Source: Nibricoccus sp.
GTDB lineage: Bacteria > Verrucomicrobiota > Verrucomicrobiia > Opitutales > Opitutaceae
NCBI GenBank assembly: GCA_047602425.1
Contig: JASGHG010000001.1
Span: 3,808,001 to 3,872,000, forward strand
DNA: 64,000 bases
Direction of reading: 5' to 3'
The notes under the pieces are model-generated. The model did not search any database. It worked only from the letters and a program-made list of their open reading frames with translations, and had not been told where the DNA came from. Positions 41,507-51,258 of the stretch are shown here, piece by piece. How positions within the stretch are numbered: position 1 is the stretch's first letter; each line of letters starts with the position of its first letter. The translations under genes and the position numbers were made by a program.

Positions 41507-42379
41507 ATGAAAAGCATGACCGGTTTTGGCCGGGCGACTGGGTCGCTCGGAGCACAGACGCTAACGGCGCAAGTGAGTTCGGTGAATCGCAAGACGCTCG
41601 ATCTCACGGTGAAACTTCCCGAGGAATGGGAGTCGCTCGAACCGGCCATCAACGATCTCGTCCGCAAATACGCCGCACGGGGCAAAGTCCACGTCGACCT
41701 GGAACTGACCGGTGCGAAAGGTTCCCAAACAGTGGAATGGGACGAAGCGGTCATGGGAGAAGCGCTCGCAAAGTTGAAGGATTTTGCGACGAAACAGGGC
41801 GTGTCTTTTCTGCCCTCGCCGGAATTGCTGTGGCAGATTGCCAACTCGCAGCGCAAGGCTTCGGAATTACCGACCGCCGAAGTCGCCCAACCGGTCGTGC
41901 TCGCGACGCTGGAAGCAGCGCTCAAAAGCTTCGCTGACATGCGTGCGAAGGAAGGTTCGGCCTTGCTGGCGGATTTTCTCGCGCGCCTGACGATCCTGCA
42001 AAATCACGCGGCGGCTATCGCCGAGCGCGCGCCCCAAGTGCCGAAAAATTATCGCGACCAGCTGATGCAACGCCTGCGTCAGGCCGGGCTGGAACTCGAT
42101 TTGAATGATGAGCGTGTACTCAAGGAAATCGCGCTGTTTGCCGACCGCTGCGACATCGCCGAGGAGCTCACGCGCATGCGCAGTCACTTCGAGCAATTTT
42201 TAGCGCTACTAAAAAGTTCGGGCGAGATCGGCCGCAAATCGGAGTTTATTCTGCAGGAAATGGGCCGTGAGGTGCACACGATGGGCAGCAAGGCCAACGA
42301 TCTGACGATTTCCCGCAACGTGATCGAACTGAAGAACGAACTCGAACGCATCCGCGAACAGATCGCGAATGTGGAGTGA
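41507..42379 (+). CDS. yicC: YicC/YloC family endoribonuclease
   Basis: MKSMTGFG, SVNRK, DIAEELTR, GRKSEFILQEMGREVHTMGSK, ELERIREQIANVE. Confidence 0.93.
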   Translation: MKSMTGFGRATGSLGAQTLTAQVSSVNRKTLDLTVKLPEEWESLEPAINDLVRKYAARGKVHVDLELTGAKGSQTVEWDEAVMGEALAKLKDFATKQGVSFLPSPELLWQIANSQRKASELPTAEVAQPVVLATLEAALKSFADMRAKEGSALLADFLARLTILQNHAAAIAERAPQVPKNYRDQLMQRLRQAGLELDLNDERVLKEIALFADRCDIAEELTRMRSHFEQFLALLKSSGEIGRKSEFILQEMGREVHTMGSKANDLTISRNVIELKNELERIREQIANVE

Positions 42380-42423
42380 ATCGATTATTAAGTGCTAGGT
42401 AGGAATATCTCGCGATAAATCAG

Positions 42424-43035
42424 CTACTTTCTTTTCTTGGGATAAAAGAAGGCTGGTTGATTCGATAGTTCGAGATATCGCGTACAACGACCAGATTCTA
42501 TTTGCTCGATCTGAATCGCGTGATGCGTAGCTCCGTCTTCGAACTCGGGATCTACATCTCCGATGCACTGAGCACTACCGTCATATCGCGAAAACTGTAG
42601 TACCTCGATCGAGTACCAGCCTGGCGAAACGTTCCAGACGTAGTCTTCCCAAAATGGCAATTCGTCTTTGTCGATAAGCTGCGCGATTGCCGCTAGACCG
42701 GAAAAGCCTGTTAGGCACAACCGGCCTTGGGATATCTCAATTGCTCCTTGGAACCGTTGCAGCGCAGTGGCTCGCAACTGCTGGAAATTCGCTGGGTTGA
42801 TGTTGATTTGATTGTCCGCATCGGCAGAACCCCAGAAAAAAGCAAGGCCATTGTTCATGTGCTGGAGTGCTCGTTCCAGAACCTCCGCCGGTGTCCAAGC
42901 CCTGCCTAATTGGCTAGTTTTTCCTCCCAGGTTTGCATCATAACGATCCAGATCGATAAACCCCATAAAACCCCAGGCGCTTGAATAAGATAACTGCGCA
43001 CTCGAAAGACTTTGGTATCGGTGTTTAGGAGTCAC
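42424..43035 (-). CDS. Hypothetical protein, AT-richer than neighbours
   Basis: 203-aa ORF filling the gap between yicC and ybeY; no recognisable motif. Confidence 0.55.
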   Translation of the reverse strand: MTPKHRYQSLSSAQLSYSSAWGFMGFIDLDRYDANLGGKTSQLGRAWTPAEVLERALQHMNNGLAFFWGSADADNQININPANFQQLRATALQRFQGAIEISQGRLCLTGFSGLAAIAQLIDKDELPFWEDYVWNVSPGWYSIEVLQFSRYDGSAQCIGDVDPEFEDGATHHAIQIEQIESGRCTRYLELSNQPAFFYPKKRK

Positions 43036-43098
43036 ATCTAAACACTTTCTCTATAGTGCTCTAGAGTCGAGCTTTTATCTATAGCAACTAGTACGGCA

Positions 43099-43573
43099 CT
43101 ACCTGCTCTTAAACGCGAACGCAGGTTGCACGCGGGCGGTGGAGAGGAATTTCATCGCGCGTTTTTCGGCGGCGCGCATGAGGCGTTTTTTGGTGGGTTT
43201 CAAATCGTCATAACCGGCGAGGTGGAGCCAGCCGTGGACCACGTAGAGAGTGAGTTCTTCGGAAAAGTTGTGGCCGTGTTGTGAGGCATACGCGGCGGCG
43301 GTGTCGGACCGAAACGCAGATTTCGCCGCCGCTGCCGAGTTGGGCATTGCCCTCGAAAGTGATCACGTCGGTCGTCGTCGGATCGTCGAGAAAATCGGCG
43401 TGGATGCGGGCAAGGGCTTTGTCGGTGAGGAAGGCGATGGAGATTTCGCCAGGGGGGCAGCCGCCGCGGAATTTCTCGGCGTGTTGGTCGAGCGTTTGCA
43501 CAACTTTCACGACAGAGTTCTTGTCGAGCTTAAGGCGGGGGTGGGCGACGTGGATGTGGACCTCGCGGGACAT
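43099..43573 (-). pseudogene. ybeY: rRNA maturation endoribonuclease YbeY with a +1 frameshift (probably a sequencing error)
   Basis: TTDVITF...GEICVSV in one frame, DTAAAYA...EELTLYVVHGWLHLAGYDD in the other; extra G at 43306-43307. Confidence 0.85.
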
Positions 43574-43914
43574 GAGGAAAACAAGCGCGGAGGCTGTAAC
43601 TTTGTTTAACGCGAGTCGAGGCAGGAAACGTAAGAGAACAATGAAGCTAAAAAATCGCAGTTGGACCACTTATTTTCACTGAGATTCACTGATAGAAAGC
43701 CACTTAGGCGGGGAGCAGGGTATATCCGACGAGGGAACGCCGTGGCGCGATATATTGTCCGGCAGGCGTACTCCTTAGTGTCAATAAGTGATAATAAATG
43801 GTTCCCCTTCCAGGGAAATTGGAATGAAGTGCCGTGAAGGCTTGTACGATTTGGAAGGCGGGCCGCCGTGCCCATCGTTCCGAACCGGCGTCGACAACGC
43901 GTCGCCCGAAAAAC

Positions 43915-45891
43915 TTACGGCGTGGCGGTGGCGACAGGCGTGAATTTTGTGACGAACGTCGCCTCCTTCCCCTGCGTCTCAAGGTAGAAGGCTTCGCGAC
44001 GTGCGGGCGGAATATCGGGGGCCGATCCGTGCCAGATGGTGAATTCGCCGGGAAGGGAAAAGGTGACGCGCATGTGCAGTCCGCGATAGGCCACGTCGAA
44101 GCTCACTTGGTCCTTGCAGGTGGTTTTTGTCACGTTCTTCCAATACCCGAAAGCGGCGGGCCGGTTTGTAGCGAAGGTGTCGTCTGATTTGAACGAGGCG
44201 GGCAATTGAACCTTTCCCTGAAGGTGCAGTGCGAGGCCGAGTGCATGGGTTTTGCCCGCGGTGCTCCGAACGTTGGCGGTGTCGATCAGTTGGTTGCCCT
44301 CGATCGCCAAGGTGCGCGAGGTAGTGATGCCGGGGCGGGAGAGCGGCTGCGCGGCGGAGATGCGCGCTTGTTCCGCGGAGTAGCCGAGGAGTTCGCCGGG
44401 CTGCGGGGGAACGCTGCCTTCGCCGTCGACGAGCGGTACGTTGTGATTGAGGCCTTTGGTGTAGTACTCCTTGTGATACGGAGAACCGTAGCCGACGGTG
44501 CCGGGGTCGTGCGTGATATCGATTTCTCCATAGAAGGCCGAAAAATTGAGCGCTTCGGATTGCGCGTGGGATTTATTGAGTTGTCCGTAGTGAAGGAAAA
44601 CCTGCCACGGGCCGCGCTTGATCAGAGCCATGCGCGAGCGTTCGAGATTTTCGCTTTGGACCTCTGGGAGCGCATCGGATTTTTGCGAAGTGGGTGGGGG
44701 ATCGAGCAGCGTGTTCCAGTTTCGCAGCTCGGCGGCTTCGCTCAGGCCCAGTGTGGTTGGAAAGACGCGGTAGGTGCTGGCGAGGAAGCTGCGATGAGGC
44801 ACCTTTTCAATGCCGGTGCCATCGGCGGGGTTGGGCAGCGTGCCGTCGGGAAAGCGCAGATAGATTGGCGATAACATGAGGTTTTCTCCCACCGTCATTT
44901 CGCGCGCGAGCTCCGAAGCTCGGCCCGCGAGTCCGGCTTGGGTGAAGAGGGTGATCAGTGCTTGGACGACAAATTCGTTGTAATGAAACGATTGCTCGAA
45001 CCACAGGTAGTCGGCCGTGATGCCCTGCGCGATCTGGTTGCGCAGGCCGAATTTTCCATCAATCGCCTCGTGCCAGAGCGCTTCGTTTTTATAGACCAGA
45101 GCGAATTGGGCGACGGCGCAGCGATGCCAATTGGCGATGTTGTGAATGTTCGGGTAGCCCTTGTTCAGGACGTCCGCCTCGGGCTTGAAAAATTTGTCCC
45201 ACCAAAGCTGTTTGCGGGCCGGATCGACGTAGTCGCCGAGCAGGCGAACGGTATTGATGTATTTGATACCGCTGGTGGCTTCATCGAGCGTTTGCCAGAA
45301 GAGACGCGCTTCCTGGCCTTTGCGCTGCGGCTGCCATTCGAGGTAGTGCTGCGCATAAAAATCCAACTGAGCCGCAGCCCAACTGGCGTATTTCTCCTCG
45401 CTGGTCAGGCGATAGAGAAAGGCTGCGCGCTCCATCATCTCGGCGTGGCGGGCGCGAAAAGCAAAAACCCAGCCGCCCATGATTTTGGGAGTGATCTCAA
45501 CGTGCGGGTCGGACGGGCTGGTGAGAAATTTTACGTCCTCGCCCGGAACGTCGGGCGTCCACGTGAGATGCGAGGCGTCCTTGGGACTGACGAAATCGTG
45601 ATACCAACCGCACGCCCATTCGACGCGGTCACGGCGTCGCGCGATCCAGCCGTCGACCGCGGCCCGTTCTTGTCGCAGCCATTTGGTCCAAGCGGGATTG
45701 TTGGCGACTCGTTCGCGTGCCCCCGGCCAATCTTCAACGGGAACACGCCAGGGCTTGCCGTCCGTGGAATAAACTTTGAGTTCTGCGAAAGCCTGTTCGG
45801 GTGACCCTGTGTCGACGGCGTTGGCATCGAGACGTGCGAGCAGTGCGAGCGAACCCAGAACGACGAGCCGAGAAAAACGAAGAAAGCGCAT
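43915..45891 (-). CDS. Heparinase II/III / oligo-alginate lyase-like polysaccharide lyase
   Basis: Signal peptide; IHNIANWH, GITADYLWFEQSFHY, LPNPAD, SHAQ, DPGTVGYGS, HNVPLVDG. Confidence 0.8.
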   Translation of the reverse strand: MRFLRFSRLVVLGSLALLARLDANAVDTGSPEQAFAELKVYSTDGKPWRVPVEDWPGARERVANNPAWTKWLRQERAAVDGWIARRRDRVEWACGWYHDFVSPKDASHLTWTPDVPGEDVKFLTSPSDPHVEITPKIMGGWVFAFRARHAEMMERAAFLYRLTSEEKYASWAAAQLDFYAQHYLEWQPQRKGQEARLFWQTLDEATSGIKYINTVRLLGDYVDPARKQLWWDKFFKPEADVLNKGYPNIHNIANWHRCAVAQFALVYKNEALWHEAIDGKFGLRNQIAQGITADYLWFEQSFHYNEFVVQALITLFTQAGLAGRASELAREMTVGENLMLSPIYLRFPDGTLPNPADGTGIEKVPHRSFLASTYRVFPTTLGLSEAAELRNWNTLLDPPPTSQKSDALPEVQSENLERSRMALIKRGPWQVFLHYGQLNKSHAQSEALNFSAFYGEIDITHDPGTVGYGSPYHKEYYTKGLNHNVPLVDGEGSVPPQPGELLGYSAEQARISAAQPLSRPGITTSRTLAIEGNQLIDTANVRSTAGKTHALGLALHLQGKVQLPASFKSDDTFATNRPAAFGYWKNVTKTTCKDQVSFDVAYRGLHMRVTFSLPGEFTIWHGSAPDIPPARREAFYLETQGKEATFVTKFTPVATATP

Positions 45892-46014
45892 GCGATACGA
45901 AGAAGACGGGAGACGTCAGAAGGAGTTTCGCGATTCTTCAAGGAATTGGCGAGGGATGAATTGCGTTCAGACGATTGACGTGGCCTTGGCCCTGCGACCT
46001 CTTTTGATGCCGAT

Positions 46015-47070
46015 ATGAACCCGCGTTATTCTGCCGAAGAGCTCACGACGTTTGCGCAAGAGCTATTGACCAACGCCGGTCTGGAAATTTCCAAAGCTGC
46101 GGTGGTGGCCGAGATTTTGGTGGAAGGCGATTTGTTGGGGCATTCGACGCACGGCCTGCATCAATTGGGCTCTTATCTGGCCGACGTTCGCACCGGCGTA
46201 ATGGCGACGTCGGGCGAGCCGCGCGTGGTGGCGGATTTTCCCGCGGCGGTGACCTGGGACGGCATGCGCTTGCCGGGGCCATGGCTGACAGTGAAGGCCT
46301 TTGACCTCGCGATGGAACGGGCGCGCAAAAATGGCACCTGCTCCGTGGCGATCTCGCGCAGTCATCACATCGCCTGTTTGGCGGCGTATTTGAAGCGCGT
46401 CGCGGATGCAGGGCTTATGGCGCTGTTGACTTGTTCGGATCCGCAGGACCGTGCGGTCGCAGCGCATGGAGGGCGCCAGGGAATTCTATCGCCAAATCCC
46501 ATCTCGGCGGCCTGGCCCACTGATGGTGAACCAGTGATTATCGACATTTCGACATCGATCGCGTCCAACGGGCAAACGCGTCGCGCCCATAGCGAAGGGC
46601 GAACGTTTCCGTCGGAATGGTTGGTCGATTCGGCGGGGAAGCCCACGAAAGTGCCGGGGGCGTTGTTCACGCAGCCGCCCGGTGCCCTGTTGCCGATTGG
46701 CGGTGTGGATCATGGGCACAAAGGCTATGCACTCGGTTTGCTGGTCGAGGCGTTGACGTCAGGTTTGGCCGGACACGGTCGGGCGGATCCGAAGGAAGGC
46801 TGGGCGGCTTGCGTGTTTCTTCAGGTTTTCGAACCAGCGGCATTTGGCGGGGCGGCGGCGTTTATCCGCCAAACGCAACAGATGGCCGAAGCGTGTCGGG
46901 CCTCGGCGCCGCGGGAAGGTTTTGATCGCGTGCGTTTGCCCGGGGAAAGCGGACTGCGCCGCCGCGAAACCCAACTGCGCGACGGCGTGGAACTTTATCC
47001 GACGATCCTGCCGGCGCTTAAGCCGTGGGCGGAAAAACTGCGTGTGATGTTGCCGCAGCAGCTGACTTGA
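46015..47070 (+). CDS. Ldh_2 family (malate/L-lactate-type) oxidoreductase
   Basis: DLLGHSTHGL, SHHIACL, NPI, DISTS, LLPIGG..HGHKGYALGLLVE, VRLPGE. Confidence 0.9.
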   Translation: MNPRYSAEELTTFAQELLTNAGLEISKAAVVAEILVEGDLLGHSTHGLHQLGSYLADVRTGVMATSGEPRVVADFPAAVTWDGMRLPGPWLTVKAFDLAMERARKNGTCSVAISRSHHIACLAAYLKRVADAGLMALLTCSDPQDRAVAAHGGRQGILSPNPISAAWPTDGEPVIIDISTSIASNGQTRRAHSEGRTFPSEWLVDSAGKPTKVPGALFTQPPGALLPIGGVDHGHKGYALGLLVEALTSGLAGHGRADPKEGWAACVFLQVFEPAAFGGAAAFIRQTQQMAEACRASAPREGFDRVRLPGESGLRRRETQLRDGVELYPTILPALKPWAEKLRVMLPQQLT

Positions 47071-47389
47071 ACGAGCGCGAAGGCGCGACGTCGGTTCCGG
47101 TTCCCCGGGGAAATCACCCAGATGGCGGGCGATACAGTCTGGCGGCGGGAAAATCGGAAACTGTTACACGAATTTTTCAATCATCGGCGTGCTTTTTGGG
47201 AACCATCTGTTATAGATAAGAGTCTTAACAGCGTTAGTGGGCAGAATGGATCGCTGGCCCGGATTTTTTGGGGTTGCTGAAAAATTGCCAAAGGAGCAAC
47301 CGCCCTCGAAAAAAAGACGAGTTGGCGCACGTTTTGCTGTTATATTTTGGCCGCGCAAACCGTTATTAGAGTTAGAGAGACCGACTACG

Positions 47390-47752
47390 ATGAAACTTGA
47401 GAAAACACCTTTTCTTGCCACGCATCTGAGCGATGACGTCGCTTGGATCGACGTTCTCTTTGTGCCGAAGGAACAGCGCAAACAGGGCTACGGTCGCCGC
47501 ATGGTCCTCGAATGGCTTTCTAAACTTCCCGCCACGATCAAAAAAATCGAAGTGCTGGCGGTCGATCTCGACGGCGGCTCACCGGTTGGTTTCTGGAAAA
47601 AAATGGGTTTCGACGTGGAGGATAAATATTATCCCGAAATCATGACTGGCTGCTATATGAGCCATCCCTTGCACGACGACGGTCAGGCGCGAAAAAAGTC
47701 CGAGGCACCCCAGAAAAACCAGGACGACGACATCTGGTGTGCGCAGGCCTGA
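47390..47752 (+). CDS. GNAT family N-acetyltransferase
   Basis: LFVPKEQRKQGYGRRMV and FWKKMGF. Confidence 0.8.
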   Translation: MKLEKTPFLATHLSDDVAWIDVLFVPKEQRKQGYGRRMVLEWLSKLPATIKKIEVLAVDLDGGSPVGFWKKMGFDVEDKYYPEIMTGCYMSHPLHDDGQARKKSEAPQKNQDDDIWCAQA

Positions 47753-47881
47753 ACCAGCCAACCCCTCTTTCCCTTTTTGCCCAGCCGCGCTATCTCGCGC
47801 GGCTTTTTTGCGCCCGAATACTGACTCGGTTTGCGCAAAATGTTTTGCCGGAAGCGCCGATGTGGTAAAGATAGCCGCCCC

Positions 47882-48724
47882 ATGGATCCCGCCGCCCTGC
47901 TGAAGGACCACATCCTTCGTCTTTCACAGAAACTCCCGACCGCACCCCACATCTTCAGTCGGCTCAGCATTCTCCTGAATGACGTCAACGCGGACCTCGA
48001 CAAGATCGCCAACCTGATCGGTATCGACACGGGTCTGACCTCGCGCGTTTTGCGCGTCAGCAACAGCATTCTTTTCCGCGGCGGCAACGCCGTCACTTCA
48101 CTCGACGAAGCCGTCAACCGCGTCGGTTTCCGCGAGATTCATCGCATGGTCGGCATGGCGATGACCGAACAACTTTTTCAGAACGGCCTTCCCGCTTATC
48201 GCATGAACGCGAAACAAGTTTGGGAAAACTCCGTCGCCACCGCCTTGGCCATGGAAGCGATCGCCAACGCGGCAGGGCAGGAGACAGAAGGGGCGTTCAC
48301 CCTCGGGATCCTGCGGCAGGTGGGAAAACTGGTTCTCGGTCGCATCCTCGAAAAAGAACATCCCGGCGCAATCTGTCCGGACGATATCGATGTGCTTTCT
48401 TGGGAAAGCGCCCGCCTCAATATCACCAACCACGAAGCCGCATCTTATATATTAGAGTCGTGGAAGTTGCCGCAAAACCTCTGCTTGGGTTTGCGTTACC
48501 AACACGAACCCGAGGTGCATCCCGACGAGGGTCCTGAGGGCGCGCAGATGCATCTCGCCGGCTGGGTGGTTGGCCAATTGGGACTCAGCACGGCCTCGGA
48601 ATCCGTTCTCTGGGAGCTCACCCAAGACCGCCTCGACCTCGCCCAAGTCTCCGAAGAGTCCATGCAATCCTGCGTCGATAGCGTGCAGACGGAGCTCACC
48701 GCTCTGAAAAAACAGCTGACTTAA
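47882..48724 (+). CDS. HDOD domain protein
   Basis: LPTAP, DTGLTSRVLRVSNS, VTSLDEAVNRVG, WENSVATA, GILRQVGKL, WKLP. Confidence 0.9.
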   Translation: MDPAALLKDHILRLSQKLPTAPHIFSRLSILLNDVNADLDKIANLIGIDTGLTSRVLRVSNSILFRGGNAVTSLDEAVNRVGFREIHRMVGMAMTEQLFQNGLPAYRMNAKQVWENSVATALAMEAIANAAGQETEGAFTLGILRQVGKLVLGRILEKEHPGAICPDDIDVLSWESARLNITNHEAASYILESWKLPQNLCLGLRYQHEPEVHPDEGPEGAQMHLAGWVVGQLGLSTASESVLWELTQDRLDLAQVSEESMQSCVDSVQTELTALKKQLT

Positions 48725-48846
48725 GTCGTTCCAACGCGCAGCTGTGCCGGTTATTGCGCCCGACAGGTGTGCGAAGGCATGTGAGACTAAGAGAACCTTT
48801 TCCTTGCTCCCGTCGGCAGGGGGCTTTTCCCTCAAGCCTTTCACCC

Positions 48847-50436
48847 ATGAAAGTACTCGTCGCCGACAAAATCTCGCCCAAGGGAGTTGAATACCTGCGC
48901 AAACAGCCGGGTTTTGAAGTCATCGAAGCCTACGGGTCCACGCCCGCCAAGGTCCTTGAGCTCGTGAAAGACGTGCAGGCTATCGCCGTCCGCTCGGAAA
49001 CCAAGATCACCCGCGAAGTTTTTGCCGCTGCGCCATTGCTCAAGGTCGTCGGTCGGGCGGGCGTCGGCGTGGACAACGTCGATGTCGAAGCTGCCACCGA
49101 ACGCGGTGTTGTCGTCATGAACACGCCGTCGGGCAACACCATCGCCACGGCCGAACTCACTTTCACCCACATCCTCTGTGGCGCGCGCCCCGTGCCCCAG
49201 GCCGCCGCTTCGATGAAGGCCGGCCAGTGGGATCGCAAGAACTTTAGCGGTGTCGAACTGTTCCGCAAAACCCTCGGCATCGTCGGCCTCGGCCGCATCG
49301 GTGGCGAAGTCGCCAAGCGCGCCCAAGCCTTCGGCATGCGTGTGCTCGCCTACGATCCTTATCTCGCGCCCAGCCGTGCGAAGGCCATGCAGGTGGAAAT
49401 CGCCACTCTCGACGAAGTTCTCACGCACGCCGACTACATCACGGTCCACATGCCGCTGACCGACGACACCAAGTACATGATCGATGAGAAGGCCTTCGAG
49501 AAATGCAAAAAAGGCCTCCGCATCTTCAACTGCGCCCGCGGCGGAATCATCAAGGAAACCGCCCTGATCGCCGCGCTGAAATCCGGCAAGGTCGCCGCTG
49601 CCGGTCTCGACGTGTTCGAAGACGAACCGCTCGCCAAGGACAGCGAACTCCGTTCGCTCCCGAATGTTGTCCTCACGCCTCACCTCGGCGCCTCGACCGC
49701 CGAAGCGCAGGAATCGGTTGGCATCGAAATCGCCGAACAAATTGCCGACGTCCTCGCCGGTGGCGTGATTCGCAACGCCGTCAACATGCCCTCGATCGAC
49801 GCCGCCGCCCTCAAGATCCTCGGGCCGTATCTCGATCTCGGCACCAAGCTCGGCACGCTCGTCCAGCAAATCGCGCCGCAGCAGATCACTTCGCTGCGCA
49901 TCAATTATTTTGGCAAGGTTGCCGATGTCGACGTGAACTCCGTCACCCGCTCGATCGAACGCGGTTTCCTCCGTCGCATCAGCGGCGAGGAGGTCAACTA
50001 CGTCAACGCGCCCTTCATGTTCCAGCGTCTCGGCATCCAGGTCGAGGTCGTCAAATCGAACGCCGACAGCGACTACACCGAATTGATCAGCGTCGAAGCG
50101 CTTGGCGCTGACGGTTGCAGTTATTCCGCGCAGGGCACACTCATCGGCAAAGCCGCGCAACCCCGCATCGTCGGTATCAACGGTCGTGAGGTCGAAGTGG
50201 AAGCCAGCGGCAAATTGCTCGTCTTGGAAAACGTCGACCAGCCCGGCATGGTCGGTCTCATTGGCACGCTCCTCGGCAAGGACGGCGTCAACATCGCCGA
50301 TATGTCGCTCTCGCGTCTCACACCCGGCGGCACCGCCTACATGGTCGTGCGCGTCGATAACGAACCAAGCGAATCCGCCAGGAAAGAGATCAAGGGCAAT
50401 TCCGCGATCAAGATGGCGAAGTTCGTACAATTGTAA
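48847..50436 (+). CDS. serA: D-3-phosphoglycerate dehydrogenase
   Basis: GRAGVGVDNVD, GLGRIG, NCARGG, LDVFE, TPHLGAST; C-terminal ACT domain (DQPGMVG). Confidence 0.96.
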   Translation: MKVLVADKISPKGVEYLRKQPGFEVIEAYGSTPAKVLELVKDVQAIAVRSETKITREVFAAAPLLKVVGRAGVGVDNVDVEAATERGVVVMNTPSGNTIATAELTFTHILCGARPVPQAAASMKAGQWDRKNFSGVELFRKTLGIVGLGRIGGEVAKRAQAFGMRVLAYDPYLAPSRAKAMQVEIATLDEVLTHADYITVHMPLTDDTKYMIDEKAFEKCKKGLRIFNCARGGIIKETALIAALKSGKVAAAGLDVFEDEPLAKDSELRSLPNVVLTPHLGASTAEAQESVGIEIAEQIADVLAGGVIRNAVNMPSIDAAALKILGPYLDLGTKLGTLVQQIAPQQITSLRINYFGKVADVDVNSVTRSIERGFLRRISGEEVNYVNAPFMFQRLGIQVEVVKSNADSDYTELISVEALGADGCSYSAQGTLIGKAAQPRIVGINGREVEVEASGKLLVLENVDQPGMVGLIGTLLGKDGVNIADMSLSRLTPGGTAYMVVRVDNEPSESARKEIKGNSAIKMAKFVQL

Positions 50437-50439
50437 TCA

Positions 50440-50517
50440 GGTGGAGCCCGCACTCTGTGCGGGCTTTGCCTTTTCTAGACGTTTAAAAACAAACCCGCAC
50501 GGAGTGCAGGTTCCACC
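50440..50517. repeat. Inverted REP doublet (GTGG-type)
   Basis: ggtggagcccgcactctgtgcgggct ... aacccgcacggagtgcaggttccacc; each unit is a hairpin and the two are mutually inverted. Confidence 0.75.
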
Positions 50518-50525
50518 ATTTTCCC

Positions 50526-51215
50526 ATGTTCCTCCCGCTTCTCATTGCCGCGGTTGTCGGCTACATCTTGGGCGCCTTACCCTTCGGCTACGTCGTCGCT
50601 CGCGCCAAAGGCATCAATATCTTCGAGCACGGCTCGAAAAACCCCGGCGCGACCAACGTCAAACGTGTCCTTGGCGAAAAGTTCGGCCCCGCCGGCAAAC
50701 GTCTCGGTAATCTCGTATTCTTTCTCGATGCGCTGAAAGGCGCCGTGGCGACGGGGTGGCCGTTGGTTTGGCTGTGGTATGTTCGCACGGTCATCCATGA
50801 GAGCGGAAATGCCGTGGTTGCTGTCAGCGAATCGCGTTATTTCATTTTAGCTGTCACCGACCTCGTTGCCGCTCTCCTCGGCCACAGCTTCTCCTGCTTC
50901 ACCAAATTCAAAGGCGGCAAAGGCGTCGCGACGGCCGCAGGTGGTTTCATGGTGCTGATGCCTTTTGCGATGCTTATCAGTTTCGGCGTATGGATCGCGA
51001 CATTCTATGCCTCGCGCTACGTTTCTCTCGCGTCGATTCTCGCGGCCGTTGCGTTGCCCATCGCGGCATTTTTCCTGCATCAGCCGCCGCTCCTCTTGGG
51101 TCTGGCGGTTGTCATCGCGGCGTTTGTGGTTATACGTCACAAGGCCAATATCCAACGCCTGATGAACGGTACCGAAAATCGCTTCGTGAAGAAACCGACG
51201 GAACCCAAAACCTAA
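50526..51215 (+). CDS. plsY: Glycerol-3-phosphate acyltransferase
   Basis: GSKNPGATNV.R, DALKG, GH...FKGGKGVAT, YVSLASI, RHKANIQRL..GTE. Confidence 0.95.
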   Translation: MFLPLLIAAVVGYILGALPFGYVVARAKGINIFEHGSKNPGATNVKRVLGEKFGPAGKRLGNLVFFLDALKGAVATGWPLVWLWYVRTVIHESGNAVVAVSESRYFILAVTDLVAALLGHSFSCFTKFKGGKGVATAAGGFMVLMPFAMLISFGVWIATFYASRYVSLASILAAVALPIAAFFLHQPPLLLGLAVVIAAFVVIRHKANIQRLMNGTENRFVKKPTEPKT

Positions 51216-51258
51216 CCTTTCGCGTTCATTTGCCTCCATTCGCGGTTAAAAATTTTTC

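Noticed and set aside
43700..43880. Possible cobalamin riboswitch (ggttcccc...agggaa)
   Set aside because: Lacks the GCCCCCGCnACTGT and downstream B12-box elements, and no suitably oriented gene follows
48841..50430. 529-aa antisense ORF (also 5610-7220, 7968-9416, 51226-52818)
   Set aside because: Shadow ORFs opposite well-supported genes, expected with GC-rich codon bias; no motifs
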